64,000 bases of DNA from Candidatus Uhrbacteria bacterium (GTDB lineage Bacteria; Patescibacteriota; Patescibacteriia; UBA9934; GWF2-40-263): contig JACPHU010000028.1 of assembly GCA_016188495.1 (NCBI GenBank), forward strand, positions 38,325-102,324. The letters are read 5' to 3'. The translations under genes were made by a program, and so were the position numbers. The notes beneath the pieces are model-generated. The model saw nothing but the letters and a program-made list of their open reading frames with translations, had not been told where the DNA came from and searched no databases. Shown piece after piece: positions 46,280 through 56,790 of the stretch. The number at the start of each line of letters is the position of its first letter. The stretch's first letter is position 1.

Positions 46280-46864
46280 ATGGACTACATTAAAAAGAAT
46301 CCGACACTGGATGAGTTGGTGTATCTGGCCTCGCAAGGGTTCTGCAAACCCGTCACAGAAGCGCTCGTTCAGGATGTTTCACAGCATCTTGCAGACACGG
46401 ATTTTTGCTTGTGCGTGGAAGATCAAGGAAAGCTTGTGGGGTGTATGCTCTGTAAGATTCCTTTGTCTGGAGTACTTTACATTGCCGGGACGCTTATTCT
46501 TCCTGAGTATCAAGGGGAGAGAATTAAAGCTCAGGCAACACTGTTCCTTCTTCGTGAACATCCTGAGCTTAAGTGGTTCTCAGGTCGAACCCAGTCGCCG
46601 ATTGTCTGGTCCTCTGTCCGCTCCATTGCTCGGGAGATGCTTCCTTATCCAGACATCAGAGAGGTATCGCAAGAGGCCTTTAATCACCTGCAGCAACTCG
46701 TAAACGCTCTTGGCATGAGCGCTCCGATCCAGCAGGGATTTTACGGAGGGTCTTTGTACGGAAAAAAACCTCTGAATCGAGATCCAAACATCCAAACTTG
46801 GTGGGATGGTTTATGCGATTTTGAACGCGGAGACGCCGTGCTCTACATCGCCCGTCTTAATTGA
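46280..46864 (+). CDS. GNAT-family acetyltransferase-like protein
   Basis: AGGAGA SD; LYIAGTLILPEYQGERI (motif A-like), GRTQSP. Confidence 0.65.
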   Translation: MDYIKKNPTLDELVYLASQGFCKPVTEALVQDVSQHLADTDFCLCVEDQGKLVGCMLCKIPLSGVLYIAGTLILPEYQGERIKAQATLFLLREHPELKWFSGRTQSPIVWSSVRSIAREMLPYPDIREVSQEAFNHLQQLVNALGMSAPIQQGFYGGSLYGKKPLNRDPNIQTWWDGLCDFERGDAVLYIARLN

Positions 46865-47010
46865 AAACACTCCTTGCTTACTGGTTCACAAAAGCCAGTT
46901 TTATTTTTATCTAGATACAGATAAGCCTTAATTTAGATCTTTTTTAAGCTGTGGGTTTCTAGGGTTGCCTCCTGAAACGTCCTATGCTACTATTTTCCCG
47001 CTATCAATTT

Positions 47011-47088
47011 GGGCCGGTGGTGTAGCCCGGTTAACACGTCGCCCTGTCACGGCGAAGTTCGCGGGTTCGAATCCCGTCCGGCCCGCCA
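47011..47088 (+). tRNA. tRNA-Asp(GTC)
   Basis: Acceptor GGGCCGG/CCGGCCC, anticodon loop CTGTCAC, GTTCGAATC, encoded CCA. Confidence 0.97.
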
Positions 47089-47160
47089 GGACAACTTCTT
47101 ATCGGAGCGACCCGTAGGCCTCAAGCCATACGGGGCGACCCATAGGGATATGTCCCCAGT

Positions 47161-47188
47161 ACAAAACCGCCTTCACGGGCGGTTTTGT
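47161..47188 (+). terminator. Terminator after tRNA-Asp
   Basis: ACAAAACCGCC..GGCGGTTTTGT. Confidence 0.8.
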
Positions 47189-47252
47189 TATTGGTCGAAC
47201 AAATGTAATGTGGATATGTAGGAGGCGGAAGAGTGATTTGTAATTTCTTGTT

Positions 47253-48977
47253 ATGGAAAATCAGTACGATCAAATACTAGTTACTTTTGGTCACAACAAC
47301 CTTTTTGGATGGAGGATTACTCGTGAAGAACTTATCGCGTGCATAGCTCCATATCCAGCATCACAATGGCTTGAACTCTGTGCAAAAGTTGAGGGCTTTC
47401 TTTCTATTAAGAGAAACGATCCAGAAGACCCGCAATCATTTCTTGCTCAGACATTTTTCCCACCAAGCACCTTAGACAGGGTCAAGCGATGCACCAAAGA
47501 AAAAATAATCCTTTTCTCGCTCGGTCAGCTGAATGTTTTGAGGAAGATGGCCATTGTCTACGGAAGAAATGACGGCGATGAAACCGAGCTTCCGATGCAA
47601 AAAGTTGCGCTCTCAAAAGCATTTCTCGCGACACAAGATCTTCATAACGATTACGATGAAATCGTAGGAAAAAACGGAGACTTAGAAAGCTTTTGTCAAT
47701 TCATCATCCGCAACGGCTACCTAAATGGCAGTTTGAATGCAGCCGATCTTTTTGTGCGTACTCATCAAATACATACTCTGCATGGACAAAACGTCCGATT
47801 CCGAGAATCGGAGAGTTTCTCAGATTTCTTTTCAAAAACCGTGGGGCTTACCGTAGATCAAGCAATGGCATTGTGTTTTTCATTAGCGATCAATTATTTT
47901 CAAGATAAGAACGTCCTTATTACGCAAACTACTGTAATCAATCCGACCACCTATTATGAAAATCTGGTTATCGATCCTCGATTAACAGAATCGATTGTAG
48001 AAAATTTAGTGATTGATTTTTCCGAGGCTAAAGAAAAAATTTCAGAGGAAATTACTGACAGCGAGTGCTCCAATACTCCAATCGGATATAATCTTGGCAT
48101 TTTTCGGAAGACACCCTTTATTCGGTTGGGTAATGGAAAGTTGGTTTGCGCAAACCTTTCGTGTCTTCTCGAGAAAACTACACAGAACATAATCTGGTTG
48201 CCTAAGAGCAAAGTAACTGGGCTAACTAAAGAACAGATGGATAAACTTGTAATAGAGCTGACTAGTTACCGTGGAAAACTGTTCGAAGAACACGTAAAAA
48301 AACTATGCGTCGAAATGGTGAATAAAAATACAAAAACTGTGTTTCATTATATTCCACCAGAAGCAACGAAGACACATGAGGAGGTCGGTGATTCACTCCT
48401 AGTACAGGGCGATACGCTTGTTATTTTAGAAGCAAAGTCCCGTCAGTTTAATGAAAGTTTTAAGTATACAGGGGAGTGGAGCGCGGACAAACAGTTTATT
48501 GATGAGTTAACGAAAAAAGCAGTTGAACAAATTGAAACTGCTGCCAGAAAAATCCGAGGAGGCGAAATTGGCGGGCTATCCATAAAACCAGAGGCCATCA
48601 AACGAATTTATCCCGTGATTGTAGCTTACGAACCAATTCCAATGCATGGAAAAATGCAGAGATACATTCGTCAGCAAGTCAATGAATCCGGATGTCTCAC
48701 AGATTCAATATTCGCACCCTTGGAGATTATATATGTGGGAGACTTGGAGAATGTGATGGATGGTGTAGAGAGCTACACTCTTATTGACGTGCTTGAAGCG
48801 AAGGACTCGAGTGATCCACATGCAAGCGAGACAAATTTCAATAACTTTTATTCCCACTTTGTAACATCCAAAGGTGTACTTAGTAATGGTTGGGGCAAGG
48901 AAAACTTCAGCACGTTTTGGAAAAAAGTTTTTACACCCAACTTCATTTTTAAATCATCTCCTACTTCAAAAGACTAA
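47253..48977 (+). CDS. Hypothetical protein with C-terminal PD-(D/E)XK (NERD-like) nuclease motif
   Basis: RGKLFEEHV..EVGDSLL..LVILEAKS. Confidence 0.7.
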   Translation: MENQYDQILVTFGHNNLFGWRITREELIACIAPYPASQWLELCAKVEGFLSIKRNDPEDPQSFLAQTFFPPSTLDRVKRCTKEKIILFSLGQLNVLRKMAIVYGRNDGDETELPMQKVALSKAFLATQDLHNDYDEIVGKNGDLESFCQFIIRNGYLNGSLNAADLFVRTHQIHTLHGQNVRFRESESFSDFFSKTVGLTVDQAMALCFSLAINYFQDKNVLITQTTVINPTTYYENLVIDPRLTESIVENLVIDFSEAKEKISEEITDSECSNTPIGYNLGIFRKTPFIRLGNGKLVCANLSCLLEKTTQNIIWLPKSKVTGLTKEQMDKLVIELTSYRGKLFEEHVKKLCVEMVNKNTKTVFHYIPPEATKTHEEVGDSLLVQGDTLVILEAKSRQFNESFKYTGEWSADKQFIDELTKKAVEQIETAARKIRGGEIGGLSIKPEAIKRIYPVIVAYEPIPMHGKMQRYIRQQVNESGCLTDSIFAPLEIIYVGDLENVMDGVESYTLIDVLEAKDSSDPHASETNFNNFYSHFVTSKGVLSNGWGKENFSTFWKKVFTPNFIFKSSPTSKD

Positions 48978-50307
48978 CCGTTTTATTTCCATAAACGAGT
49001 CGGCTCCTCAGATTCCCTAGCAATTCCCGTTTCTCCGATACACTCCCTTCACGCAACAAGTACTTCATATACGCACGAACATCCATTTCCTCAGTCGTAC
49101 CTTCCGGTACAGACGTTCCACCACGGAACAGTCGTTCGAACCGACTGAACCGTTTTATCTCTTCTTCCAGCTTCGTCTTCAATCCAATCTCATTGATATC
49201 AATCTGGTCGATGATCTTCAATAGTTCGTTGATCAATTCGTCCTCACGGATGTAAACATTCTTGCAGTTGCGATCTCTTGCTCGCGTGCATCCATAGTAG
49301 ACATACCGCGTATGACCGCCGTCCTTTCGTTGTTTATATTTCTCCTCCGCCGATACTCCCGATCCACACAACCCGCACGTGAACAATTTAGTGAAGGCGA
49401 ATTCTTTGTTCTCCCGCACTATCTGGTCGCGTTTAAGTTGAACGTGTGCTAGGTCGAATAACTCTTTCGTGATGATTGGTTTGTGTTTACCTTCGTACCA
49501 GTTTCCGCTATTGCGCGGGAACTCGAAGCGTCCGTAGTAGAAAGGATTTTCGAAGATGCGGTAGATACCGCTCAGCGTCAGTGTTTTATTGCCTCGCGTC
49601 TTGAAGTTCAGATCATGCTTCAACCAGTTGTAAAGTTTGCGACCGCTGAATTTTTCGTACGCCACTTTTTCAAACATTTGTTTCACAATAGGAGCACGAA
49701 CAGAATCAAGAATTTTCTGACATTTTTTGTCCATCCGTTTTTGATCCGAATATCCAATAGGTGCCATGCCCGGCCAGTGACCCATCTCCACTCGCGTGCG
49801 AAGCCCACGTTTCACGTTCTCTCCTCGGTGATCGTTTTCAAGTTTTGCCGTTGAGCCAAGAATCATCAGCAAGTATTTCTCATTCGGATTGTTTCCGAAC
49901 GTCTGTCCGTGCGTTCGAATCTCCGCGAGCAGTCCTTGGTCGATGAGATCAACGACCGCACCCAAGTCACCGGCGTTACGACTCAATCGATCCGGTGCCC
50001 AGGTCAGAATCCCATTAAACTTTTTATCGCGGATATCGTTCAGTAGTTCATTGAAGATTGGTCGTTGACCTGTAGATTTTGCTGAATGGCTTTCTCGTTT
50101 GATCTCCACTACGTTAAGTCCATCCCGTACCGCGATCTGGAGCATTTCCTTCGCCTGCGAATCAATAGAAAGAACTTGCCGCTCAGCCGACTCACTACTC
50201 TTGCGAGCGTACAGGCAGTACTTGATTCCCTCAGGAGCCACTGGCTGTTCGTGTTTTGTGCGTGTCAGCCCAGTCTGAGTCACCACGCCTCCTTGTGTGT
50301 TTTTCAT
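48961..50307 (-). CDS. Large serine recombinase (resolvase + recombinase + Zn-ribbon)
   Basis: YCLYARKSSE..Q..SIDSQ, DRLSRN, NPFYYG, CGLCG..YYGC..C. Confidence 0.93.
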   Translation of the reverse strand: MKNTQGGVVTQTGLTRTKHEQPVAPEGIKYCLYARKSSESAERQVLSIDSQAKEMLQIAVRDGLNVVEIKRESHSAKSTGQRPIFNELLNDIRDKKFNGILTWAPDRLSRNAGDLGAVVDLIDQGLLAEIRTHGQTFGNNPNEKYLLMILGSTAKLENDHRGENVKRGLRTRVEMGHWPGMAPIGYSDQKRMDKKCQKILDSVRAPIVKQMFEKVAYEKFSGRKLYNWLKHDLNFKTRGNKTLTLSGIYRIFENPFYYGRFEFPRNSGNWYEGKHKPIITKELFDLAHVQLKRDQIVRENKEFAFTKLFTCGLCGSGVSAEEKYKQRKDGGHTRYVYYGCTRARDRNCKNVYIREDELINELLKIIDQIDINEIGLKTKLEEEIKRFSRFERLFRGGTSVPEGTTEEMDVRAYMKYLLREGSVSEKRELLGNLRSRLVYGNKTVSLLK

Positions 50308-50441
50308 ACAACACATCAATGACGCAACCCCCGCGGGGCGTCCAGTGCGCCTTGGTGTTGGTAACATTATCTCTATTAATCCCTTATAATCACCCACGAA
50401 TTGCCACGGGATGCGAATTTTGAGAGAATAACTTCAATTAT

Positions 50442-51377
50442 ATGTCTCTTCTTCGTATTAAAGGTGGCAAACTGGAGCAGATCAAAGAAACGGAATTGAA
50501 ACTCGAAAAGGATTTGCAAAAGCTCACCGAGACAAACCTCGAAACAGTTTTTGGATTGCAGTTTGTTTCAACGGAATTTGCCTTGAATAATCTACGCATT
50601 GATACGTTGGCATACGACACGGAAACCGGTTCCTTCGTGATTATTGAGTACAAGCGAGATCGAAGCTTTAGTGTGATCGACCAAGGTTTCGCCTATCTAT
50701 CCTTGATGTTGAATAATAAAGCAGACTTCATTTTGGAATACAGCGAAAGGATCGGCAAACATCTGCGACGCGACGATATCGACTGGTCACAAAGTCGTGT
50801 GTTGTTTGTTGCTCAAAGTTTTACCAATCACCAATTGCAAGCGATCAACTTTAAGGATTTACCGATTGAACTTTGGGAAGCCAAGAAATACAGCGACGAT
50901 CTTATTTCGTTTAACCAAATCAAGGCGCTGCAATCTGCCGAATCCATCAAGACCGTTTCCAAGAACGAAAATGTTTCAACAGTAAGTAAAGAGGTGCAAA
51001 CGTACTCTCCAGAAGAAATCCTTGCGCGATTTAAGGGTGATGCACACGAACTTTCTTTGGAAATACGACGAAGAATTCTTGACGTCAGCGGACGTTTTGA
51101 AGAAAAGCCAACGAAGAGATACTTGGGTTACAAAATCGAAGGGAAAAATATCGTTGCTATCGACTCTTCGGAAGGGAACGTAAGAATTACTTTTACTCGC
51201 ACTCGACCGGAAGACCTTAATGACCCAGAGAAAAAGACGAGTCTACGAAAGAAGTCTCTAGAACATTACAATCAATATCTTACAGACATCATCATCAGAA
51301 AACAGGATGATATTGACTATGCGATGTTCTTATTGAAGCAAGTCATGACACGTTTTCAGAAAGAGAAAATAATTTAA
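50442..51377 (+). CDS. NucS-like PD-(D/E)XK nuclease fused to a DUF5655-like domain
   Basis: EF....RIDTLAYD..FVIIEYKR..VIDQGFAY. Confidence 0.75.
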   Translation: MSLLRIKGGKLEQIKETELKLEKDLQKLTETNLETVFGLQFVSTEFALNNLRIDTLAYDTETGSFVIIEYKRDRSFSVIDQGFAYLSLMLNNKADFILEYSERIGKHLRRDDIDWSQSRVLFVAQSFTNHQLQAINFKDLPIELWEAKKYSDDLISFNQIKALQSAESIKTVSKNENVSTVSKEVQTYSPEEILARFKGDAHELSLEIRRRILDVSGRFEEKPTKRYLGYKIEGKNIVAIDSSEGNVRITFTRTRPEDLNDPEKKTSLRKKSLEHYNQYLTDIIIRKQDDIDYAMFLLKQVMTRFQKEKII

Positions 51378-51411
51378 TCAAAAACTGACGTTCAAACGTC
51401 AGTTTTTGATT
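51376..51411. terminator. Bidirectional terminator
   Basis: AATCAAAAACTGACGT-TCAA-ACGTCAGTTTTTGATT. Confidence 0.85.
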
Positions 51412-51413
51412 CA

Positions 51414-52115
51414 TCAGAGAAAGCGCGTTTCCAACTTTTCTTTTACTCGCTCCCAATCGGGACATTTTTCTGCTAAGAGTCTATAAAATGCATTGCTATG
51501 CTTTTTATATCTGAAGTGACAAAGTTCGTGAATGATCACGTAGTCAATACAGTCTTTTGATGCGTGAATGAGCTTCTCATTCAGAATAATGCGTTTGTTA
51601 TCTATAAAACTGCCCCAACGCTTTGCCATGTTCTTAATGCTGATTACAGGACGATTGGAGAGTTCAAACTTCCCAAGAACGGCATCAAGGCGACTGTTAA
51701 ATACGTCGAGTGTTTTATCCTTAAACCATTGATGAAGGATGCGTTTATTGGTATCTCCGTCGGTTACTCCAACGTTTGTTGTCAGCATCAACTTTCCTCG
51801 TTGCAATGAAACATCCCTTTCCTTGCCGCGTTGTACGATCAGTTGGTACTGCCTCCCAAGATAGAAGAAACTTTCTCCTGAGATGTACTCCCTCCGATAA
51901 ACTTTCTTCTTAAACTTACTGAAGTATCGAACCTGTTTTTCCAACCACACCCATTTTCTTCGAAGGAAAGATTCTATCTTTTCACATTCTGTATCAATAG
52001 GAGCCTTCACGATAAGTTTAATGTCCGAAGTAACTGTTAGGCTCAATGTCTTGCGGATTTCAAATTTCAGTACGTAGTCATAGAGATACTTTCCGTATTG
52101 AAATTGTTTTTTCAT
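51414..52115 (-). CDS. YgjP/DUF45 (SprT-like) zinc metalloprotease family protein
   Basis: RWGS, DYVIIHELCH, H...F; usual neighbour of hsdR. Confidence 0.88.
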   Translation of the reverse strand: MKKQFQYGKYLYDYVLKFEIRKTLSLTVTSDIKLIVKAPIDTECEKIESFLRRKWVWLEKQVRYFSKFKKKVYRREYISGESFFYLGRQYQLIVQRGKERDVSLQRGKLMLTTNVGVTDGDTNKRILHQWFKDKTLDVFNSRLDAVLGKFELSNRPVISIKNMAKRWGSFIDNKRIILNEKLIHASKDCIDYVIIHELCHFRYKKHSNAFYRLLAEKCPDWERVKEKLETRFL

Positions 52116-55100
52116 AGTGTGAAGAGGTCGTGATTATTCTCTGCAAGACTGATCACGGCATCCTCGATATTTCGCATCTGTTCTGCAGAAAGATCAATGC
52201 CGAGTTCAAGCTTCACGAAATCGTAAAGATAATCATCTATACGGTTCGCGATAACGCGCTTTACTTCAGTGTTTTTGTGCCAGTCCACAACCGCCTCAAC
52301 ACGAAGGACTTCAAGTAATCCCACAATCACCTGAGCATATTGCTCATCTGAGAGCCTTGCTGCCACGAACTGTTCCTTGAGGTTTCTGTAGAAAATGGAT
52401 GCCCCTTTTATTTGTTGGATTGAATCAGGAGATGCATCATCTGTTTTATTCATGACATCATCCTTAATCAGACGCATCTGCCCAAGAGCGTCAGCATCAG
52501 ACATCTTTCCGTCACGCATACTCTGAAGAATCTGTTGAATTTTTTCAGAAAAACGCTGATAAAATTCAGGGTCAGTGTCCATACGTTCGCGAATGGTGCG
52601 GTCGGTATGAGCGGCGATTGCTTCCGCTTTCGACTTATCTGATCCCAGTTCTTTGATTGCGGTCGCAAATCGTTCTGGATCAGTAATGTCGATTTGTGCA
52701 GTAAGTAACTCGACCCCTTTTGCGTCAATATACTTATCCAGCAACTGGATAAGCGGTTTCTTGTATTCATCCAAGTCGATCTGGTCGGCATATCGAAGAC
52801 GCACCGAACTACGAAGCTCGGTGAACTTCTTTAACTCCCGCTTATACACATCCGTGTGCTTGAAAGTCGTAGCGAAGTCCTTGAGCGACAAGCATTCATT
52901 GAACGCCCGGATAAACGCATTGTAGCTATCGTAGAACAATCTGCGCTCGGGTTCATCCTGAAGGCGCTGGATGTACGCCTCGTCGTCTGCTGGCAAACCG
53001 TTAAACATGTCGTGCAGATTCGAGTAGTTTTGTTCAAGTTCCTGAACCTTGTCACTCACATCGACAAGTGCACCCTTAACATCCTCTTCCGCGTAATTAC
53101 CGAACAACTTCATTGCCCGATCAAGGTTCTTGGCGTTTTCCGAGTAGTCGATAATAAATCCGGATGTCTTCGGGATTGTCTTATTTTCGAAGAGACGATT
53201 AACGCGTGCAATCGCCTGAAGAAGGTTGTGATCTTTCAGGTCTTTCGCGAGGTAGAGCACGGTATTTCGAGGCGCATCAAATCCTGTAAGCAACTTGTCG
53301 ACTACGATAATAATTTCGATACCATCGGCATTGTTCTTGAAGTTATCAATAACCTCATCTTCGTAGGACTTGAGACTCGAATACTTATGGCTCACCTCAT
53401 CCAGATATTCGATGACTTCTTTTTTATGGGTATCATCCTCACTAACAATTCCAGACTCATCAGAAATAATAACCGCCGTACGTACTTTTCCGTTCTTCTC
53501 GAACAGACGCTGGAAAAGAACCGCCGAAAACTTTGACGGAGCAACTAATTGTGCCTTCAACCCTGTTCCCTGAAACCGCTCAACGTAATGTTGCTCAACG
53601 TCATACGCAATTTCTGTAATGCGCTGAGGATTGTCTTTAATAATTTGGCGATCAACGTATCGTTGTAGATGCTGTTTATTCGCATCGCTCAGATTCTCGG
53701 TGATACGATCCATGTGACGATCAATCTGTTCGGTATTCTGCTCGAGGTCAACATAGCGACCTTCGTAAATGAGTGGCAAGATAATTTTGTCCTTGATTGC
53801 GTCATCGATAGTGTATTTATCAATATAGCCTCCAAACTTGAGATAGCTCGCTCGTTCCTTCTTCATGAGTGGCGTTCCGGTGAATGCGATGTAACAAGCA
53901 TTCGGGAGAACGCGTGACATTTCTAAGTTCGCCATACCGCCTTGGGTTCGGTGGGCTTCATCGATCAAGATAAAGACGTTCTTGTCATCATCGATAAACC
54001 CTCCACGCTTTTTGGAAGCCGCCTCGAACTTATGCACGAGTGTTGTTACCACGTTCAACTCCTTGTCTTTGATGAGTCTCAAGAGGTGCTCGCCACTGGT
54101 CGCGCGAACAACATCTTTCTTGAGACCACAGTTTCGGAACGTATCACCAATTTGTTTATCGAGGTCGCGACGATCCGTAACGAGAATGATGCGGGGATTA
54201 TTGATATCTGGATTATCAATCAACGCCCTAACGAACATCACCATGGTAAGCGACTTACCCGACCCCTGCGTGTGCCATACAAGCCCTCCCTGACGCTTTG
54301 TACCTGTCTCAGCCTCGTCTTCCTTGGCAATGCGATCAAGGATCTTTTTAATGGCAAAATACTGCTGGTAACGTCCAAGTTTCTTAACGCCCGCATCGTA
54401 AAGAACGAAGTTGCGTGACAAGTCGAGCAAGCGAGCCTTATCAAATAACGCAATAATCGAACGATCTTGTTCAGTTGGTAGTCGTTCTGTTGATTGCTTG
54501 AGACCAGATGTCGCCCCATTAAGGTCAAGGCAGAGCTGACGATAAGTTTCTCTGTCGATCTTTTTAGCGACGAGTTCCTTAACACGTTTATCCTGCGTTT
54601 CGAGCGAAGTATCTTTCTCCTTCCACGTTGCGTAGAACTTAAAAGGAGTAGCGGTCGTTCCGTAGGACATATCCTTACCGTTGGTCCCGACAAGCAACTG
54701 CGGATAGGTGTAAAGCTTTGGACAATAATCGATCTGCTGGTTTCGCAAGTGCTGGTTGACAGCTTCTTTCACCTCAACACTCGATTTCTTATTTTCAACA
54801 ATGGTAAACGGGATGCCATTCACAAAGACCACAATGTCTGGACGAATTGAACCCTTGCCTTCAGCAGGGAATTCTACCGTTACATGAAAAGCATTATTTT
54901 CTGGATGAATAAAGTCCACGAATCGAATATTCTTCGAAACACTCTTTCCATCATGGAAGACTTTCACCGCCTTTGATCCCGTCATCGGCATGATGAGGTT
55001 AAAGACCTTTCTCGAGGTATCAATCAGTCCTTCATAAGGAACATTCTCCAGCTCCTCAAGAGCTTCAAGGATATCCTTATCTGCAAATTTATATTCCTGA

Positions 55101-55303
55101 CCCTTATGCTCGTAAGAGTTTATTTCTTTCAGTTTCCCGAATGCAATGTCTTTCAGGATAAACTTTGAAAGATCACCCCGTCGCTGACGTTCGACTTCTT
55201 CAGAAGAAAGATATGTGTAGCCGAGATTGATAAGTAACTCAACAAACGGCAATTGCGATTGCCGTGCTTCGTCAAAATTTACTTGGAGGATGTTGCTATT
55301 CAT
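52112..55303 (-). CDS. hsdR: Type I restriction enzyme R subunit
   Basis: RPDIV.FVNGIP..ENK, WHTQGSGKS, DEAHR, FTGTP, LLTGFDAP, QAIARVNR. Confidence 0.96.
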   Translation of the reverse strand: MNSNILQVNFDEARQSQLPFVELLINLGYTYLSSEEVERQRRGDLSKFILKDIAFGKLKEINSYEHKGQEYKFADKDILEALEELENVPYEGLIDTSRKVFNLIMPMTGSKAVKVFHDGKSVSKNIRFVDFIHPENNAFHVTVEFPAEGKGSIRPDIVVFVNGIPFTIVENKKSSVEVKEAVNQHLRNQQIDYCPKLYTYPQLLVGTNGKDMSYGTTATPFKFYATWKEKDTSLETQDKRVKELVAKKIDRETYRQLCLDLNGATSGLKQSTERLPTEQDRSIIALFDKARLLDLSRNFVLYDAGVKKLGRYQQYFAIKKILDRIAKEDEAETGTKRQGGLVWHTQGSGKSLTMVMFVRALIDNPDINNPRIILVTDRRDLDKQIGDTFRNCGLKKDVVRATSGEHLLRLIKDKELNVVTTLVHKFEAASKKRGGFIDDDKNVFILIDEAHRTQGGMANLEMSRVLPNACYIAFTGTPLMKKERASYLKFGGYIDKYTIDDAIKDKIILPLIYEGRYVDLEQNTEQIDRHMDRITENLSDANKQHLQRYVDRQIIKDNPQRITEIAYDVEQHYVERFQGTGLKAQLVAPSKFSAVLFQRLFEKNGKVRTAVIISDESGIVSEDDTHKKEVIEYLDEVSHKYSSLKSYEDEVIDNFKNNADGIEIIIVVDKLLTGFDAPRNTVLYLAKDLKDHNLLQAIARVNRLFENKTIPKTSGFIIDYSENAKNLDRAMKLFGNYAEEDVKGALVDVSDKVQELEQNYSNLHDMFNGLPADDEAYIQRLQDEPERRLFYDSYNAFIRAFNECLSLKDFATTFKHTDVYKRELKKFTELRSSVRLRYADQIDLDEYKKPLIQLLDKYIDAKGVELLTAQIDITDPERFATAIKELGSDKSKAEAIAAHTDRTIRERMDTDPEFYQRFSEKIQQILQSMRDGKMSDADALGQMRLIKDDVMNKTDDASPDSIQQIKGASIFYRNLKEQFVAARLSDEQYAQVIVGLLEVLRVEAVVDWHKNTEVKRVIANRIDDYLYDFVKLELGIDLSAEQMRNIEDAVISLAENNHDLFTL

Positions 55304-55547
55304 ATTGTCTGTAGCGATCTTCGTAATTCTTCCTCACATTGCTTGAGATGTAGCCACCAAGACCCCTACCGAGCAATGCTAACTGTTTCAATTGCTGAAG
55401 GTGGTATGACCCAGGCTTAAAATTTCCATACTTGTAATAACGATATCCATCCTTATTCGCCTCCGAGAATTTCACGATAATCGCATCGCTTTGTATTTCG
55501 TAGGCTTCGACGTCGGAATTACCATTGAGATTTCTATATCGTTCCAT
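55296..55547 (-). CDS. Small KTSC-like protein
   Basis: S.V.AYE....I.VKF..Y.Y..LA..G.GL..YI pattern; coupled to hsdS and hsdR. Confidence 0.6.
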   Translation of the reverse strand: MERYRNLNGNSDVEAYEIQSDAIIVKFSEANKDGYRYYKYGNFKPGSYHLQQLKQLALLGRGLGGYISSNVRKNYEDRYRQYE

Positions 55548-55549
55548 AC

Positions 55550-56776
55550 TTATGGATTAACTTTGATGAATTCGGTGGTTCGTATCTTGCCAGTCACGAG
55601 GTTGTTAAGCAAAAACTTCTTTTGAAATTTCAGGGCTTTCAACTTCCTCTCCAAAATCTCCAATTCTTCTTCAGCAAGTGCGAGTATTTTTCCAATTGCC
55701 ACCTGTTCTTCGTAAGCAGGAACAGGACATTTAACCAGTTTAAAATCTTTATATTTACAGTTCAAAGTATCGCTTACGATGCCTTGTGAATTCTGATAAA
55801 AAGAGTGGATGAGGCGTGGGGTTTTAAAGAGATAGGCAAAAAACAAGGGATCAACGTCTTTTCTTGGAGACACTACTGTGTAAGCAGGACTAACAATACC
55901 GTCGTACTTAGATAGGGCACTCCGTCCTTGCCACATTCGCATGGTGTTGTAGCCGATGTCCCCCGGACAAATACGCTTATATTTTGATTTATCAGTGTTA
56001 GAAGAATCTTTCTTATATGAGTTTGCTTGATAGATGATGCCTTTACGTGCCGCGATTGATAAAAGCGGTAGATCGCCACGACCAATTTCTTTTCGCTCCT
56101 TAAATAAGTCAGCCAGGCGCGATAAATTCCATTGTTTTGAAAAATTACGAAGTCGAATCTTTCCGTGCAATAGCTGTTGGCAAAGTCCGTTCTGAATCAT
56201 CTTCTTAAGATCAATCTTTTTAGATAGCTTCTCTATGGCACTGTCCCATGCTTCTAACACGGTAACGATGCGCGCCTGTTCGTCGACTGGAGGAATCAGT
56301 ATATAAACATCACGTAAATCTTCCTGCCCTATGTTAGAACGTACGGCACCTTGTCCTCGTTTAATAATTTCACCGCGAACCTCACTCGAAGAAAAACAGT
56401 ATTTCTTAAAGCAATCGTCAAGATCTTTTGTTTTTGATCGTGCACGAATAACAAAACCACCAAATATAACCTCCTCATTATCTAGATAAATCGAGGATAA
56501 ACCAATTTCTTCGGGTGTTTCAGACGTTCTATTAAATAATACGTCCCCGTATTTGACCCTATTCTTAGCTAAAGTTTTCGCATCAACCGCAACCATTCCT
56601 GGAATTAATTCAGATGTCAGTGAACTATGTTTGATGACCTCCATGACATTGATAAATCGAGTTCCTGACCCATATTGTGTCTTATCTGCATTGACGCCGT
56701 TTTTAAAATCAAATAAATCTCCCATCTTCATGGTCTTCCAGTCACTAGGGATCTTTTTTGATGGGGTATTTTGCAT
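55550..56776 (-). CDS. hsdS: Type I RM specificity subunit (two TRDs)
   Basis: IPSDW, IPPVDEQARIV, VPAYEEQVAIG, LL..LVTGKIR. Confidence 0.93.
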   Translation of the reverse strand: MQNTPSKKIPSDWKTMKMGDLFDFKNGVNADKTQYGSGTRFINVMEVIKHSSLTSELIPGMVAVDAKTLAKNRVKYGDVLFNRTSETPEEIGLSSIYLDNEEVIFGGFVIRARSKTKDLDDCFKKYCFSSSEVRGEIIKRGQGAVRSNIGQEDLRDVYILIPPVDEQARIVTVLEAWDSAIEKLSKKIDLKKMIQNGLCQQLLHGKIRLRNFSKQWNLSRLADLFKERKEIGRGDLPLLSIAARKGIIYQANSYKKDSSNTDKSKYKRICPGDIGYNTMRMWQGRSALSKYDGIVSPAYTVVSPRKDVDPLFFAYLFKTPRLIHSFYQNSQGIVSDTLNCKYKDFKLVKCPVPAYEEQVAIGKILALAEEELEILERKLKALKFQKKFLLNNLVTGKIRTTEFIKVNP

Positions 56777-56790
56777 AAGGTTTGATTGGA

